Shown in pieces: positions 61,818 to 64,000 of a DNA stretch of 64,000 nt; position 1 is the first letter of the stretch, and each line of letters starts with the position of its first letter. The stretch covers positions 1 through 64,000 of the forward strand of contig BCKZ01000012.1 in the NCBI GenBank assembly GCA_001600815.1, given 5' to 3'. This DNA comes from Alloascoidea hylecoeti (lineage: Eukaryota). Position numbers and translations under genes: made by a program. The notes beneath the pieces are model-generated. The model had not been told where the DNA came from, made no database searches, and saw only the letters and a program-made list of their open reading frames with translations.

Positions 61818-62594
61818 ATGAAGGATAAAACCAACTCTACCCCATTACCCGAGGATCTCTCAGCATCAACATCCACTTCTTCAAATAACTCTGCTTTTAA
61901 TTGGTGGAGACGGACATTATCATATCAAACGGGATTGGGTCTGACCGAACAAGAAAAGCTGAAATATGAACAAGAAGCAAAAATAAAAAAAGAAAAATCC
62001 CAGTGTACCCGATGTGATGAATATAGAGATTGGATGCTAACTTTCAGTATGTTAAATGTTTTTCATTTATTTATAATTAATTGATTAATTACTAATTCAA
62101 TGTTATGAAAAGGCCCTACTGTTATTTTCTTAAAAGATCATGTTACAAAACTTGGTGGAAACATCAATAAGAAAACCATCCAATGTCAACTATGTGATGA
62201 ATGGCGTGGTGGTGGCTTTAGTCCTGAATCAGGCATTCTTTTATGTGCAAACCGGATATATAGTAAATGGCACTTAGAAGATACCCTAGCGCATGAATTA
62301 ATACACGCATACGATTTCGTTAAATTTGATTTTAACCCAATGAATCTTAGACATGCTGCCTGTTCAGAAATCAGAGCTTCGAGTTTATCCGGTGAATGTA
62401 GAATGTCCTTGAGGTGGAATCAATTAGAAGGTACTTTTGCAAGAGGTCATCAAGAATGTGTCAAAAGAAGAGCTGTTTTATCTTTAAAATCTCATCCAGA
62501 ATGCAAAGATGAATCAGAGGCCAAAAGGTTGGTTAACGAAGTCTGGGACTCATGTTTTAATGATACACGTCCTTTTGATCATATTTATAAATGA
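61818..62594 (+). CDS. ATP23: Mitochondrial metalloprotease (2 exons)
   Basis: Intron 62047-62112; HELIHAYD, RHAACSEIRASSLSGEC and CFNDTRPFD motifs. Confidence 0.95.
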
Positions 62595-62705
62595 ACTTCG
62601 AATTCTCTGTACAAAATACTGTATATAGCATACAAATATATATTCACTACGAAATTAAACATAGTTACTGGATCATGATCTGGCCGTATTATTAATATTG
62701 TTTGA

Positions 62706-63665
62706 TCAAGCTATATTCAACAACGGGGTTCTCTCATCAACAACCGGTGATGCAATCATTATTCTGTTATTTTTGTTTGTGCATATGCTAGTATCCTTCG
62801 AGATCTCAATAACTTTTCTTTTGCAATTGCTTCCCTTGCCCATAATATCAAACCAAATATACTGTCCAATAATACTAATATCACAAATCAAAGATCCAAC
62901 ATAACAACCAATAAACGCAATTTGTTCTTTCCAAAATACACTAACATCGGATCCACCAGCTTGAGCTCTTGGTGAAAATACCATGGCAAATATATTAAAT
63001 ATGTTTGCAATAATTATACATCCAAAAAGACCCTTTGAAATTCCCTCTGTGGATCTGTGCCTGTAATTATGGTATAGCTGTGGCAAACGAGCAATAATAT
63101 AAATTATAGTACAGAGATATAAAAACAGCGTTCCAATTGCAAATCTGAAGTTAAAGAAATCTGAATTATTCGAGATCAGATTGGTCGTTTCTTGATTAAT
63201 TCCAATTGGCATAGAATTTACCGTAGTTGCCAAAACATTTGAAAAGATCAATCCATTCGCTAAAGTATTTGAAGAATAATGAGGCAAACTTCTATATGCA
63301 TAGTTAACCTCTCCCATATGCATGCTTCCCAAATCATCGTTATTTCTATCCACTTGCATTTGTCTTTCTTCTTCCTCTTCTCTTTTCCTATGTATATCAA
63401 GTCTTGAATAATAGATATATTGTGATCCTTGAATTATATCAACAATCCAAAACATATAAGATGCACACATTTTTTGAAAAAATAACTTTCCTGTTAAAAA
63501 GCATCCTGCCATATTTAAAAAGTCAGCACTTATCCAACAACAGAGATATATTGGATTAACACCAGTTACCGATTTGATTTTATAATTTAATCGTGGCTGA
63601 CATGTTCCAGCAATTATCGTGCTAACAATGGAACTAATTGTACAAATTGCAAAGATATTTATCAT
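62706..63665 (-). CDS. PQ-loop vacuolar amino-acid transporter (Ypq family)
   Basis: ARLPQLYHNYRHRSTEGIS, a degenerate first PQ loop, 7 TM segments and a C-terminal ERTPLL dileucine signal. Confidence 0.85.
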   Translation of the reverse strand: MINIFAICTISSIVSTIIAGTCQPRLNYKIKSVTGVNPIYLCCWISADFLNMAGCFLTGKLFFQKMCASYMFWIVDIIQGSQYIYYSRLDIHRKREEEEERQMQVDRNNDDLGSMHMGEVNYAYRSLPHYSSNTLANGLIFSNVLATTVNSMPIGINQETTNLISNNSDFFNFRFAIGTLFLYLCTIIYIIARLPQLYHNYRHRSTEGISKGLFGCIIIANIFNIFAMVFSPRAQAGGSDVSVFWKEQIAFIGCYVGSLICDISIIGQYIWFDIMGKGSNCKRKVIEISKDTSICTNKNNRIMIASPVVDERTPLLNIA

Positions 63666-64000
63666 ACTATAATTAGTTAATAGATGATATCAATATTTCT
63701 ATAGTTTATTGAAATTTTAATTAAAGTCGTGAAAGATTATTTCAAGATATCGATAGTTAATTGAATATTTCAATTGCAATGTTCTCCGGATTAGTGTTAC
63801 TTCTTATCTTTTTATAAATTGACAATTTCAGCTTGAGGTTTACATGGTGATTAATTTTTCAATATTTTAAGTCAGCTACAGCAATAGATTATGTTTTGTT
63901 CTTTATATAGTACCGTTTCCTTGATTATAATTATAATGATATTATAACAGATGATTTTGAATAAAAAATATACAATTATTAGAATTTGTGTTTTTATAAC

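Overview
This is eukaryotic DNA from an AT-rich, unusually intron-rich budding yeast (Saccharomycotina). CTG appears to be read as Leu. The first ~14 kb is an accessory zone rich in mobile and decayed DNA: a Ty1-like 5' LTR/PBS/gag, an F-box/WD40 pseudogene, two inverted copies of a zinc-finger element, a Ty5-type PBS relic and a SNG1-like pseudogene. It also carries intact RKM4 and THI5/NMT1. The apparently non-coding stretch at 13.7-14 kb hides a spliced 44-aa CAAX-terminated ORF that looks like an a-factor lipopeptide pheromone gene and is missed by the ORF track. The rest is mostly housekeeping genes (FAR10/VPS64, LIP2, AIM39, GFD1-like, TMA16, CAF20-like, AIM34, J-domain, COQ10, PDS5, CHS2, OLA1, CUS2, RCD1, TUB2, SNF12, HAT2, ankyrin, ATP23, PQ-loop). 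It also holds an internally deleted SMC4 pseudogene, a Flo11-type adhesin and an intact Crypton-derived Ndc10/Gcr1-like gene with degraded recombinase motifs. Gene identities come from remembered family motifs, not database searches. Intron boundaries were derived by hand.
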